DNA of 53,265 nucleotides from IMG/VR virus record IMGVR_UViG_3300050505_000145, positions 1 to 53,265 of that record; one strand, written 5' to 3'. Source of the stretch: a virus. Lineage: Duplodnaviria; Caudoviricetes. Position 1 is the first letter of the stretch. The number at the start of each line of letters is the position of its first letter. Below are positions 27,293 to 36,765 of the stretch, one piece after another. Below the pieces are notes generated by a model that was not told the DNA's origin, ran no database searches, and saw only the letters and a list, made by a program, of their open reading frames with translations. The position numbers and the translations under genes were made by a program.

Positions 27293-27861
27293 GCGACCTT
27301 TCGCTGATATGCCTTACCAGTGAAACCGAACCGAGGTGTGATCGGAACACGACGAATCGTCGAGACCTCCTCAGTCAGGAACGCAAGTGCTCGGTTGTGC
27401 CATCCCTTGCGCCACTGCATCTGAGTTGAATCGCTGTAGATGATTTGTTCGTAATAGAGCAACCGAGATCCGACATAGAGCTCGTTCCAGTTGCGCGAAT
27501 TGGCGAGAGCCTTCGTCTCAGGACCGATTCCGCCGTCAACTCGAGCAAGAATCAATTGCTGGAGCATCATGATCGCACGACGCACACCAGCATTAACGCC
27601 GAAATCGATGCAGTTGAGACGAATCTGATCAGAGAGATGATCGAACGGACGGATGTTCTGCGTGCGATAGATTTCACCAACCTCGTCTCGAGTGAGATTG
27701 CGCACATCGTTCGCGGTAAGCGAAAAATCGTGGCGCCAGATCCGAAGGTCATCAAGCGTGATCCCGAACTTCGTCGGTCCACCACGATCGTTGGAATCGT
27801 TAGTGAACTCAGATCCCTCGTGGGAAAGGATCATGTTGATGATGGCTTCGTCGGAGATCAT
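27289..27861 (-). CDS. endolysin, glycoside hydrolase family 108
   Basis: HEG..FTNDSNDRGGPTKFGIT; DFGVNAG; VDGGIGPET; GWHNR. Confidence 0.9.
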   Translation of the reverse strand: MISDEAIINMILSHEGSEFTNDSNDRGGPTKFGITLDDLRIWRHDFSLTANDVRNLTRDEVGEIYRTQNIRPFDHLSDQIRLNCIDFGVNAGVRRAIMMLQQLILARVDGGIGPETKALANSRNWNELYVGSRLLYYEQIIYSDSTQMQWRKGWHNRALAFLTEEVSTIRRVPITPRFGFTGKAYQRKVA

Positions 27862-28379
27862 CGGTCCTGCTTCCTTCTTGACGGAGTTTGTCCTTCGTTC
27901 GGAATCGGCGGAACCATCTTCCCGTCGGGAATATCATCTGTACGAACTGGCGTCGCACTGCCTTCGCGCGCCGCCAGAATCGACATCATCTTGGCAAGAA
28001 CAGTCTGAAGTTCCTCATTCTTGGCCAAGAGAGTGGACAACTGCCCATCGGTCTGAATCTTGATCTCTTGAGCCTGTTCCTTGACTGCTTGCACCGTTGT
28101 ATGGATGTCGTCTGCACGTTTCGCAGCGATATCTGCTTTCGTTGCGGCAACGTTTGCTTTCCCTTCAATCACATTAGTTCGGTCTACCAGAGTCTTGCGG
28201 TTTTCTTGAGTCCGGATCGCCGTAACGATCGTTCCGATTAGAGTAGCGATAGAGATGATGAGCTGAGGGATAGACGCGATGAAGATCTGCATCGGTGACA
28301 GTGGAGTCGTCGTAAGAACTTGAGGAGGTGTCGCCACAACTTGCTCGGCGACAAAGAGCAGCATGAACATATACATCAT
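27858..28379 (-). CDS. membrane/coiled-coil protein (holin-like candidate)
   Basis: Start revised to 28379; hydrophobic segments then coiled coil; directly upstream of endolysin. Confidence 0.6.
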   Translation of the reverse strand: MMYMFMLLFVAEQVVATPPQVLTTTPLSPMQIFIASIPQLIISIATLIGTIVTAIRTQENRKTLVDRTNVIEGKANVAATKADIAAKRADDIHTTVQAVKEQAQEIKIQTDGQLSTLLAKNEELQTVLAKMMSILAAREGSATPVRTDDIPDGKMVPPIPNEGQTPSRRKQDR

Positions 28380-29047
28380 GATTGCTGCCTTGTTCCACCT
28401 TTCAGAAGCTCCGTCCATGCCCGATCAACCCACCAGTGAAAGCATGTGGGATCGTTCAGGAGCTTCGAGTGTTCAACGTTCGCGATCTTGTCGTTGAGAT
28501 CTGCCATCGTGAACTCAGATCGATACTGCCATCCACCATCAAACCACTCTCCTTCCGCTTGGATGCGATCGAACGTCTTATCGACCACATGGATCCACGT
28601 GCCTAGAATGCGCTTGCGACCGATTTCGAGCGGGATCTTCATGTCGTCGCGAACAGGAGTGCCGAACGTGATAAGATTGCGAATCTCGAGACCAGTTGCG
28701 AGCGCATAGAAGACGACCTGACCACCGTGCGAATGCGCAATAAGATTCCGATCATCGATTGGAGTCTTGGCGAAATCGAAGTAGATCTGAAGATTGGCAC
28801 CAGCAGCTTGCCATTCTTTGCGACCTGGTCGCCAGAAGACACCACTAAGTGCCGTGTCCCAGACAAACGGAGTTTCGGGATGAAGCTGTTGCAGATTGTA
28901 GTCGGCAAGAAAGTGCGTAAGAGCTGAGGTCTTCTGCCACCAGAGCGGAGCACCAGCAAGTCGCTTGAGCGGAATGTCAGTCCACGAGTTAGTGCCTTGC
29001 ACGGGCACAAACATCGTCTGCTTGACGTTCGACACGTTACGAATCAT
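28376..29047 (-). CDS. alpha/beta hydrolase (lipase/esterase-like)
   Basis: Start revised to 29047; IAHSHGG nucleophile elbow, LITFGTP, distal D and EHS. Confidence 0.8.
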   Translation of the reverse strand: MIRNVSNVKQTMFVPVQGTNSWTDIPLKRLAGAPLWWQKTSALTHFLADYNLQQLHPETPFVWDTALSGVFWRPGRKEWQAAGANLQIYFDFAKTPIDDRNLIAHSHGGQVVFYALATGLEIRNLITFGTPVRDDMKIPLEIGRKRILGTWIHVVDKTFDRIQAEGEWFDGGWQYRSEFTMADLNDKIANVEHSKLLNDPTCFHWWVDRAWTELLKGGTRQQS

Positions 29048-29388
29048 ACCCACTCGATTTGACCGTTCCGGACAAAGAAATGTGCACCACATCCTGGTGG
29101 CTGGAGATGGATTGACGACGAATTCGCGACGAGAGACAGATCATGAAGACCAGTTCCTCGCATCGACCACCGACCAGGACCAGGTGACAAGGTCAGCGGA
29201 ACCTGTGGTTCCCAGCAGATGACTGAGTGGACGCCTCGTCGATCCTTTCCTGTGTCGAGATAGCATTTCGGGCAGATAAACTCAACACCATCTGCCTCTT
29301 CCATCTTCGGCACTACTTTCCAGTGCACATCATCGAGTCGCTTGATGAACATCGGTTGGAGTTCGACGAACGGAAAGGACTCAGGCAA
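29044..29388 (-). CDS. DUF6527-like Cys/His protein
   Basis: FICPKC, W...G...LSL..S, GC.AHFFVRNG.IEW. Confidence 0.6.
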   Translation of the reverse strand: MPESFPFVELQPMFIKRLDDVHWKVVPKMEEADGVEFICPKCYLDTGKDRRGVHSVICWEPQVPLTLSPGPGRWSMRGTGLHDLSLVANSSSIHLQPPGCGAHFFVRNGQIEWV

Positions 29389-30787
29389 CTTTCTTCCTCT
29401 TCAGATAAGCCATCCGCTCACGAGCAGTCAGAGCATAGAATTTCTTCTTCATCCATCGCTTCTGAGCTGCTTTAGCAGCACGCGACGCTGCCTCAAACAG
29501 AGCGGCTGGATTCTCGGCTTCGTCGAGAGGATCAAGACCAAGGATCCGATCACGAATTTCGTTGGCCGTAACGACAGTCCCAGCGAAGTTGTGATTGATG
29601 GCTGCCCACTGATTGGCAATCTCGGCTCGCTGACCCTCGTCCAGATTCTGGATCTCAGGCCATCGAATTTCGTACGTCGTTGGTTTGGGCAACACACCAA
29701 AGTCTACCATCCGATTCACGAACGGACGGACGACCTGCGGGCCAGCATATCCACGACGACGATCAATGACTCGTTCCTGCCAGTTCGAGTGATCCTGAAC
29801 GGAAGCGAGACGACCTTGTTCCGAACCGAGAAGGATCCTCTGCGGGATTCCCGTGCCGGCGGAGATGAGTGAGATGATTGCTTCAACAGGTGACTTGAAA
29901 TCGGCGACATTAGATCCGAGATCTTTGATCGTCATCCCGCGCGTGCGCAGGATTCGCTTGAGTCCGTGCTCGTATTCGTCGATCTGAGTCTGCAGATCTG
30001 CAGTGGCAGCTGGATCAAGATCCATCTCGGGATCAATGTCGAACTGCTTGCCGCCATCAACACGCTTCCAGAATGCCTCGGCACCACCACCGACGACCTT
30101 GATGAGATCGTGGGCAACGAGATTCCAGCAGCGTTCGAGTCGAGGGATGCCATGGGAATGAGAGTCTAGGAGTCCGTCGGCAATGTGAAAAACTCGCGTC
30201 CAGTCGACAGGACGACCACGTTCGTCGCGCGACTGATTCAGCAACGCAGTTTCCGTGATCCGACGCAAGCCATACACAGATGGCATGCCAAATCGCGGAC
30301 TGGCGGAATCAAGATCGCTCTTCTGGATTGGTGAGTCTTCCTCGGAGTATGGTGTGAAATAAGCCAGTTGTTGGAATGAACAGCGAAGGAGAGGAGTCGA
30401 AAGATCACCAGGTGCGCCGACGAGGAGAATCGCGTAGTGACCCAACCCAGCGAGTGTATCAGCACGTTCGAACAGGGACCACATCTGGAACTTCTCGTCC
30501 AGCAGATTCCATGCTGTTTCGAACGCAGTGATGTTCTCGGGATCGTTGTCCTCGATGAGCTCACCACCAGCACGCCACGTAGCCTTCGGCATCGCTTCCA
30601 CGATGCGCGCAGCCACCGCATTTCGTCGGAACTCTTCGCGATATTGCGCTTGACTGATGACTCGTTCGTAGCCGAGTGCCTTGTAGTAGTCTCGATTCCG
30701 ACCGAATCCACGACCAATCAGTGCCGCGAGGTCAGCACGTGACATGAGCGAAGAGACCAGAGTGCGGAAGTTCAGCACTTTTGCCAT
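29381..30787 (-). CDS. portal protein (DUF1073-type)
   Basis: After terminase; RFGMP..Y, VDWTRV, TGIPQRILLGSEQG. Confidence 0.88.
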   Translation of the reverse strand: MAKVLNFRTLVSSLMSRADLAALIGRGFGRNRDYYKALGYERVISQAQYREEFRRNAVAARIVEAMPKATWRAGGELIEDNDPENITAFETAWNLLDEKFQMWSLFERADTLAGLGHYAILLVGAPGDLSTPLLRCSFQQLAYFTPYSEEDSPIQKSDLDSASPRFGMPSVYGLRRITETALLNQSRDERGRPVDWTRVFHIADGLLDSHSHGIPRLERCWNLVAHDLIKVVGGGAEAFWKRVDGGKQFDIDPEMDLDPAATADLQTQIDEYEHGLKRILRTRGMTIKDLGSNVADFKSPVEAIISLISAGTGIPQRILLGSEQGRLASVQDHSNWQERVIDRRRGYAGPQVVRPFVNRMVDFGVLPKPTTYEIRWPEIQNLDEGQRAEIANQWAAINHNFAGTVVTANEIRDRILGLDPLDEAENPAALFEAASRAAKAAQKRWMKKKFYALTARERMAYLKRKKVA

Positions 30788-30788
30788 A

Positions 30789-32369
30789 TCACCAGGTCGC
30801 GGAGTATCGTTTCTTCTTCGGAGGTTCCGGAGCGACCGAGAGCATTACTGCCTCGGCACGATTCGGCGACGGAATCCCACGATTCTTTGCTTCTCCTTTG
30901 CTCTCGATCTGAATCTTGCCGGACGAGAGTCGCTTGTAGCGAATCTCGACCAGCTCGCCAGCTAGATCATCATCAAAAGCATCGATGTCGATGAGTCCTT
31001 TCTCGAACAACGTGCGCAGCCACCAGTACAACTGAGCTCGAAGATTCATGAATCCCTCGGGATCCATTCCTTCTTCGATGTCGAAGCACTCAGCAGGCCA
31101 TGGTGCCTCACCGACATTGATGCCGATGACTGGTTGCTTGAGCTCCTTGGCACGGTCAGCGATGCCACGACCGATACCAATCATGTCGACTTTCGCGAGA
31201 GTTGCATTCTTGCTCTTGAGGAAACCAATCAGTAGACCACACGTCTGCATCGTGTCGGGATTGTGATCCTCGTTGATAATGCGCACCACTCCACCACGAC
31301 GATGAGCAACAGTGGACGCATCACCACCAGCACCGACGTCCTGACCGAGATGATTAGCTCCTTCGGGTTTCAGTGTGCGAGTCTGAGCAGCACGAATCCA
31401 AGAAATCGGGATGAGACCACCAGAATCAGCATGCTCCGGAAAGAGACCGAGGATCTTGCTCTGCCAATAGGGATTCGTGTCCTCTGATCGCGCTCCTTCA
31501 GGAGGAACGCACTTGACTCCCTGCGCTGGCTCGCATGGCTGTCCGTCTCGGTCAACCCAGATCCAGTTCGATGCCCACTTGCGTCGTTTCTCTTCGACGT
31601 ATGTGTGACCAATCAGCAGTTGACTGAGGTGCTCGGGGATTGGTTCACCTGTGAAGTTGGGAGTGTCGAAAGCACTGAACTCGACGACAGCCCACCCGGA
31701 TCCTGGCTTGCTGGCTTCGAAGAACTCGCCAGAGGGATCGTCAGGATTTCCTGTGACGACGATCTTGCTGTTGTCGTTGGCGATGAGCGAATCCGCGGCC
31801 TCCCAAAGAGGACCACGAATACCATTTCCTTCATCGAAGATGACCAGAACGAAGAGAGCATGGATGCCTTGAAACGCATCGGGATTGTACTCGTCAGGTT
31901 TCCGCCCGAATGCGACGAGTTCCTCCTTGTCGCCGACAGGCAGATACCACTCGGTCTTGTTGGTTCGTCCCGCTAATTTCCCGCGCGTATGCGCGCGCCT
32001 GATCTCGCGCCATAATATAGCCTTGACCTGGCTTGCTGTAGGCGCGGACGTGACAACGAATGCTGAGCCAACGGGATGACTGTCGATCCACCACGCTGCC
32101 AACAATGCGTCAACGTAAGACTTGCCCATCTCATGGCAGGTCTTGATCGCTGTCCGCCGATTCATGGCAACAGTTGTAAGAATCTTGCGCTGACCAGACC
32201 ACAGGAATGCCTTCATCCGATGTTCTGCCCACAGATCCGGGTCACGAACATACTGCCGACGAAGGATTTCCTTCTCTATCCTGTGATACTGTTCACGAAT
32301 CTCTTCGAAAGACGGTGGTGGAGTGATGGAGGTCGGGATCTCGAGGATTGAGCTCGAGGAAGTGGTCAA
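30789..32369 (-). CDS. terL: terminase large subunit
   Basis: CHEMGKS Walker A, IFDEG Walker B, TGNP, GQDVG nuclease Asp, SPNRAEA. Confidence 0.92.
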   Translation of the reverse strand: MTTSSSSILEIPTSITPPPSFEEIREQYHRIEKEILRRQYVRDPDLWAEHRMKAFLWSGQRKILTTVAMNRRTAIKTCHEMGKSYVDALLAAWWIDSHPVGSAFVVTSAPTASQVKAILWREIRRAHTRGKLAGRTNKTEWYLPVGDKEELVAFGRKPDEYNPDAFQGIHALFVLVIFDEGNGIRGPLWEAADSLIANDNSKIVVTGNPDDPSGEFFEASKPGSGWAVVEFSAFDTPNFTGEPIPEHLSQLLIGHTYVEEKRRKWASNWIWVDRDGQPCEPAQGVKCVPPEGARSEDTNPYWQSKILGLFPEHADSGGLIPISWIRAAQTRTLKPEGANHLGQDVGAGGDASTVAHRRGGVVRIINEDHNPDTMQTCGLLIGFLKSKNATLAKVDMIGIGRGIADRAKELKQPVIGINVGEAPWPAECFDIEEGMDPEGFMNLRAQLYWWLRTLFEKGLIDIDAFDDDLAGELVEIRYKRLSSGKIQIESKGEAKNRGIPSPNRAEAVMLSVAPEPPKKKRYSATW

Positions 32370-32731
32370 TGAACGCTCGTTGCTGCTTCTTTCCGCAACA
32401 TCTTTGCGACGCGCTCTGCTCGCTCTGCAAGTTGCTCATCTGTCAGCGAGGAAAGATCTTCAGGCAACTCCTCGATCGCGATCGTGGACTTCGGCCCATA
32501 TCCTGCTCGGTCGAGGATCGCTGTTGCTGCCTTGATGACATCCGGCCAGTCCGCCTTCACCATCGCCTTGTCAAGTGCCTCGATGGCTTTGCCAGCGGAC
32601 AACTGGAATCGTTCCTTGATTTGTTTCTTGGTGAGTGGAGTTTCGGCCGTGTCCTTGGTCCGTGCTTCCGTGGAGGAAGTTGAGGGTCTGTCTTTCAAGA
32701 CCTCAAACAAGGACGATTTTGACGGCTCCAC
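32366..32731 (-). CDS. terS: terminase small subunit (probable)
   Basis: KAATAILDRAG, DLSSLTDEQL; directly upstream of terL. Confidence 0.65.
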   Translation of the reverse strand: MEPSKSSLFEVLKDRPSTSSTEARTKDTAETPLTKKQIKERFQLSAGKAIEALDKAMVKADWPDVIKAATAILDRAGYGPKSTIAIEELPEDLSSLTDEQLAERAERVAKMLRKEAATSVH

Positions 32732-32894
32732 ACGTCCAGCTTAGTTGCTGTTCTTGTGGAAGTAAAGAACAAAGTTTCTTGTTTATGTGGAAAAGTTTGC
32801 AGAGCAATGTTTCTTTCAACAAAATTTCTTCGTTCGAGCAAGTGGTGAGAAGTTCTGAGGAACTCAAGATCACCTCAAGAGGTTCGATTGAAGT

Positions 32895-33105
32895 TTCTGG
32901 TAACGAGTTGAAAGGCTCGAGAGGTTACGAAGGAGTTACGTGGGATCGATTCTGAAGGACCGGTTTTCGGTCCTTTTTATTCTTTGTAACCTTGTAACTA
33001 TTGTAACTGAAAGAAATAAAGTATAGCAGAGGAAAAGGCTGGGAAGTAAAAGAGAGTGGGGTAAGTTTGGAAGCCGGGTTGGTTACCGCTTACACGGTTA
33101 CGACA
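32895..33105. repeat. cluster of GTAAC/GTTAC repeats in an AT-rich gap; candidate replication origin
   Basis: ttgtaac x3 at 32984-33007; gttac at 32924, 32935, 33082, 33097; near the primase gene. Confidence 0.5.
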
Positions 33106-33111
33106 AAGGTT

Positions 33112-33528
33112 TCACAACTCGAACCTTCCTTTCGGTCGTGGAATTTCAATCTCAAATAGACTCATCGGATTTCTAACAATACCACCATTCTCCTTCTTCA
33201 ATCGTTCCCACTCACCAGCATAGTCTGGTGTCTTATCTATCTCATCCGAAATCTCCAACATTTCTCTCAAAACCATCTTCAATATCCGCAAAAATTCCTC
33301 TCGTGCAGAATGATCATCTTGAAATGCTAAATCAAACCACTCGCGCAACTGGTCTCGGTTTACTGGTAACGTGAAGATCATCTTATCAAATGTCTTCTTC
33401 TTAATATGACAATTGTCGCAAAGAACAACCTTGTTTGCTGGAAGGTCACTTCCTCCATGTATTTTCAAAACACGATAATCATTATGCTTCCCTTCTCTTC
33501 CACAAACTTCACATTTAGCGTTCGTCAT
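33112..33528 (-). CDS. HNH endonuclease-like protein (degenerate)
   Basis: CEVC...GG....NKVVLCDNCH; DY in place of the usual DH. Confidence 0.65.
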   Translation of the reverse strand: MTNAKCEVCGREGKHNDYRVLKIHGGSDLPANKVVLCDNCHIKKKTFDKMIFTLPVNRDQLREWFDLAFQDDHSAREEFLRILKMVLREMLEISDEIDKTPDYAGEWERLKKENGGIVRNPMSLFEIEIPRPKGRFEL

Positions 33529-35537
33529 TCTTCCTCCAATCTCTCCTGCTTCTCCCTCTTATTCACCCACATCTTCATCACTTTCCCGCCACCAACTGGT
33601 CTCATCGCCTGTCTCTTGAATCCGAATCTATCCATGATCGTCGTTATTCTCTTCTGATCAATATTACTCCTTCTATCAATCGGAATCTTGAGCACTCCCC
33701 ACAAGTCATCCCAAGATGCTCTGTCCTTCCCATCAAGAAATTGGTCCAGAACTCCTTCCCAAGGATCCTCTTCTCTTCTTCTCTCTTGCTGTAGTTCCGC
33801 AAGCCAATAGAGACTCGGATCCAATCGAATACTCTCACCAGCTTCTTCTCTATGAACTGCTTCAGCCCAAATCTGATCCCGAGCTTCCTTCAATCCTCGA
33901 ATATCAAACTGCTTGATCTGCATCGGCCAGAAGCGTCTGTTGCCTGTTGAATCTTTCAGATATACATGATCATTCGTCGTTCCAATCACTATCCACTGTC
34001 TCGGATACTCAGTCAACAATCTATCATAAGAAAGTCTCGCACCATCAACCTGCCTCGATAGCATGGCTTTCAGATGCTCGACTTGACTTGCCCTCATTCC
34101 AGAGAGATCAGCTGCTTCGATGATCCACTTTCCTCGTGTTCGTTCAATCACCACTTTCGAATCAACATTCAGGGGAAGATCATCGGAGAACCAACTCTCA
34201 TCTGGACAAAGAGTTCGCAACGCACTTGATTTGTACTGGCCTTGCTCCGATTCTAGAATCAAGAGTTCGTCAAACTTGCATCCCGGTTGCCTCACTCGGC
34301 GAACTGCTGCTATCAACACCATCGAGGAAACTGCTCTGGTGTATTCAGAATCTGCTGCTCCAGCATAATCAATCAGCCACGTATCAAGTCGTGGTGTTTC
34401 GTCCCATCTCAATGTCTTCAAATAATCTAACACTGGATGATATGTTTGCTTCCGGACAAGATTCGCTAGGACTGTATGATAGAAATCCTTGGTTGGACGG
34501 AAATGGAATCGTTGGTCGATGTCGAGCCATATCTGGTCAACAACATAATCCTCGAGCCTGCCGACATAGCCATTGTAATGCACTTGCGGAGACTGTGCAA
34601 ATGCGTTGAAACTCAAGGTGATGTCGAGTTTCTGGATCGCTCTGCGGATATTTTCTTGATGGTCTTTCAGGATATGGTCTTTATGATCAACAAGGAATGG
34701 ATTCCCACCGAGCCAATCTTGTGCACGATGGACGATTTGTTTGGCTCGGTCATCATTTCCGAGAGTCGCAATGAGTTGCTTCGTTCCTTGAACTGGCTGG
34801 CCATTCTGAAGCTTGTCAGCAGTTGTTCTAACTGTAAGAGGAACATCATTAATGTTGTTGTGAGTTGCATTAGCAATCGATTCGCCAATCAGAATTGTAT
34901 CTTCAACAGAAAGACCACATTCAAGAAGGAAGCCAGCAAGTTGCAATCGTGTTTCATGGATAAATGCACGATGACCAAGATTCTTCAAGAACAAACACGT
35001 GACTGCGCACAAAATCACAGAATGTTCAAGATTTTCTAGATGTGTGATTTCAAGATGCGCAATCTTGGACGATAGTTCAAGTTTCTCGCCAGACGGATGA
35101 ATTGATGGTGGAATCATGGTCTGATGACCATAACTCCCGTCTGCCTTGGTTCCTCGCATTTCGAGGAAAGTGACTCCATCTACATTCTCGAATGCTCGCT
35201 TGACAACTGGTTTCGGAGTGGTGTAGAATGCGTGGCCACGTTCACCACGGACCCACATCACTCCTGTTAATGGGAAGAATCGTGCGGAAAGTGCAATCGC
35301 TTCTGGCGAGTCAAAGTCAATGTCGACGAGATATCGGCCTGGCTTAATTTCAGTTCCAAGGATTACACCAATGTTATCATGATCTTCATCAAATTGTCGA
35401 AGATCATATTCTTTCTCAGGCCAATTCTTTTCTCGCGGACCTTTCCATGTAAGTTGCTCACCCTCTTTTCGCGGCCAATAGATTAGACGGAATCCTCTAT
35501 CTACATAACTCTGAAGCCAGTCTGGTAGCTCCGGCAC
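33525..35537 (-). CDS. bifunctional primase-polymerase fused to VirE-like helicase
   Basis: NIGV, VDIDFD, GHAFY, PPSIHPSG; HPVLDYL..WD..PRL, PGCKFD, QGQYKS, DSTGNRRFWP. Confidence 0.9.
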   Translation of the reverse strand: MPELPDWLQSYVDRGFRLIYWPRKEGEQLTWKGPREKNWPEKEYDLRQFDEDHDNIGVILGTEIKPGRYLVDIDFDSPEAIALSARFFPLTGVMWVRGERGHAFYTTPKPVVKRAFENVDGVTFLEMRGTKADGSYGHQTMIPPSIHPSGEKLELSSKIAHLEITHLENLEHSVILCAVTCLFLKNLGHRAFIHETRLQLAGFLLECGLSVEDTILIGESIANATHNNINDVPLTVRTTADKLQNGQPVQGTKQLIATLGNDDRAKQIVHRAQDWLGGNPFLVDHKDHILKDHQENIRRAIQKLDITLSFNAFAQSPQVHYNGYVGRLEDYVVDQIWLDIDQRFHFRPTKDFYHTVLANLVRKQTYHPVLDYLKTLRWDETPRLDTWLIDYAGAADSEYTRAVSSMVLIAAVRRVRQPGCKFDELLILESEQGQYKSSALRTLCPDESWFSDDLPLNVDSKVVIERTRGKWIIEAADLSGMRASQVEHLKAMLSRQVDGARLSYDRLLTEYPRQWIVIGTTNDHVYLKDSTGNRRFWPMQIKQFDIRGLKEARDQIWAEAVHREEAGESIRLDPSLYWLAELQQERRREEDPWEGVLDQFLDGKDRASWDDLWGVLKIPIDRRSNIDQKRITTIMDRFGFKRQAMRPVGGGKVMKMWVNKREKQERLEEE

Positions 35538-35582
35538 GATGGTCGCCTCGTCGTTTCACTGCTGAATTGCCCATTGGGTAGA

Positions 35583-35685
35583 TTGCCGATTGGGGAATCC
35601 AAGAACTGTGATTGGGGTGGGCAGTCCTAACATTCCTCTATCTTACAAGGAATGACGCGCGTCCGCATAATGCCCCAATCGGCAA
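35583..35685 (-). promoter_or_regulatory. structured 5' UTR of the primase gene
   Basis: 13-bp inverted repeat TTGCCGATTGGGG/CCCCAATCGGCAA, alternative partner at 35610-35617, inner CATTCCT/AGGAATG hairpin. Confidence 0.5.
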
Positions 35686-35688
35686 GTC

Positions 35689-35717
35689 ATTCTACCGTAA
35701 ATCTGGCCAAATGTAAA
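35689..35717 (-). promoter_or_regulatory. sigma70-like promoter for primase
   Basis: TTTACA-N17-TAGAAT. Confidence 0.7.
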
Positions 35718-35937
35718 TACCCTAACGTTCATGACAACATTGCATCAGAAAGATTTTATGTTCTACGTGGTGGCGACGCCGAATGTTTCTCGTCTGGTGC
35801 TGACTAGATAAATCACTCCAGACTCTTCACCCGAATAATTCTTTCATCACCCGTATTTTCTAGTAGCGCGCACGCGTGCTCGCGCGTATACTATAGGTAT
35901 CGATCGCGTATTACTTTCATTCAAGGAGATCAGAACA

Positions 35938-36309
35938 ATGCAGCTCACGGCAACACTTCACAAGCGGCACGAGAAGGGTGGAGCAACGTTCCTTCTGCCG
36001 GGCACTCGCGCTCGCGTCATCATCTCGCGCAAGGCATTCGCCGACAGTGGCGCTCCGGAGAGCATCACGCTCGAGTCCGATGCATTCCGGGAGGCCAACG
36101 AGAAGGAGAAGGCTCGTGCCGAGCGTCTCGCGAAGAAGGCCGCGGAGACGTCGCCCGAGGCTCTCGCCGAGCGCATCGCGAAGACCCAGCGGAAGCTCGA
36201 GCGGCTCCAGAAGATGGCCGAGTCGAATGCGTCGCAGGGATCGTCGAGCGCTCCGCTGCCGGGCACCGGTGGCAACGTCGAGCAGCCGTTCGCCCAGGCG
36301 TCGGCCTAG
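35938..36309 (+). CDS. hypothetical protein, probably highly expressed
   Basis: AAGGAG SD, TATACT at 35887, strong codon bias, downstream hairpins. Confidence 0.8.
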   Translation: MQLTATLHKRHEKGGATFLLPGTRARVIISRKAFADSGAPESITLESDAFREANEKEKARAERLAKKAAETSPEALAERIAKTQRKLERLQKMAESNASQGSSSAPLPGTGGNVEQPFAQASA

Positions 36310-36371
36310 CTCGTCGTCGACATGTTCGCAAGTTGGTCAGGACGCTGGGTTGGTAGCCCTCACGTCTTGAC

Positions 36372-36409
36372 GCTGGCTCGCCGGAACAAACTCCCTCCGG
36401 CGAGCCAGC
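36372..36409 (+). terminator. 14-bp hairpin, probable terminator
   Basis: GCTGGCTCGCCGGA/TCCGGCGAGCCAGC; weak pyrimidine tail. Confidence 0.6.
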
Positions 36410-36447
36410 ACCATTTCCTCTCCTAATCTCCGGATTGGATGTGTCTC

Positions 36448-36756
36448 ATGGCCTTCAAGCTCACTGCCGAGGAAGCGAAAACTTTTGAGGATCTCAGGGG
36501 GACCTACAATCAGACCAAGGAACTGCTACAGCACGCAGTCGACAACTACAACGAGATCCTGACTCAACTCGCAGAATTTCGTGATTCGTTGCTCGAACGA
36601 CTGCAAGGTGAATTCGACGAGAAGTCTGAGAAGTGGCAGGAATCAGACAAAGGCAGCGCCGTCGGCGCGATGATCGACGAGTGGGAGAATCTGAATCTGG
36701 AGGAAATCGACCAGGACGTGTTGATCCTGGAGGATCTCACCATCAGCGCCGAATAG
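36448..36756 (+). CDS. acidic hypothetical phage protein
   Basis: FDEKSEKWQESDKG motif recurrent in phage proteins. Confidence 0.75.
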   Translation: MAFKLTAEEAKTFEDLRGTYNQTKELLQHAVDNYNEILTQLAEFRDSLLERLQGEFDEKSEKWQESDKGSAVGAMIDEWENLNLEEIDQDVLILEDLTISAE

Positions 36757-36765
36757 ACTTGAGTC

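Noticed and set aside
29381-30787. Anti-CBASS Acb1 label sometimes given to DUF1073 proteins
   Set aside because: Size, motifs and position after terL indicate a portal; no 2H phosphodiesterase motifs seen
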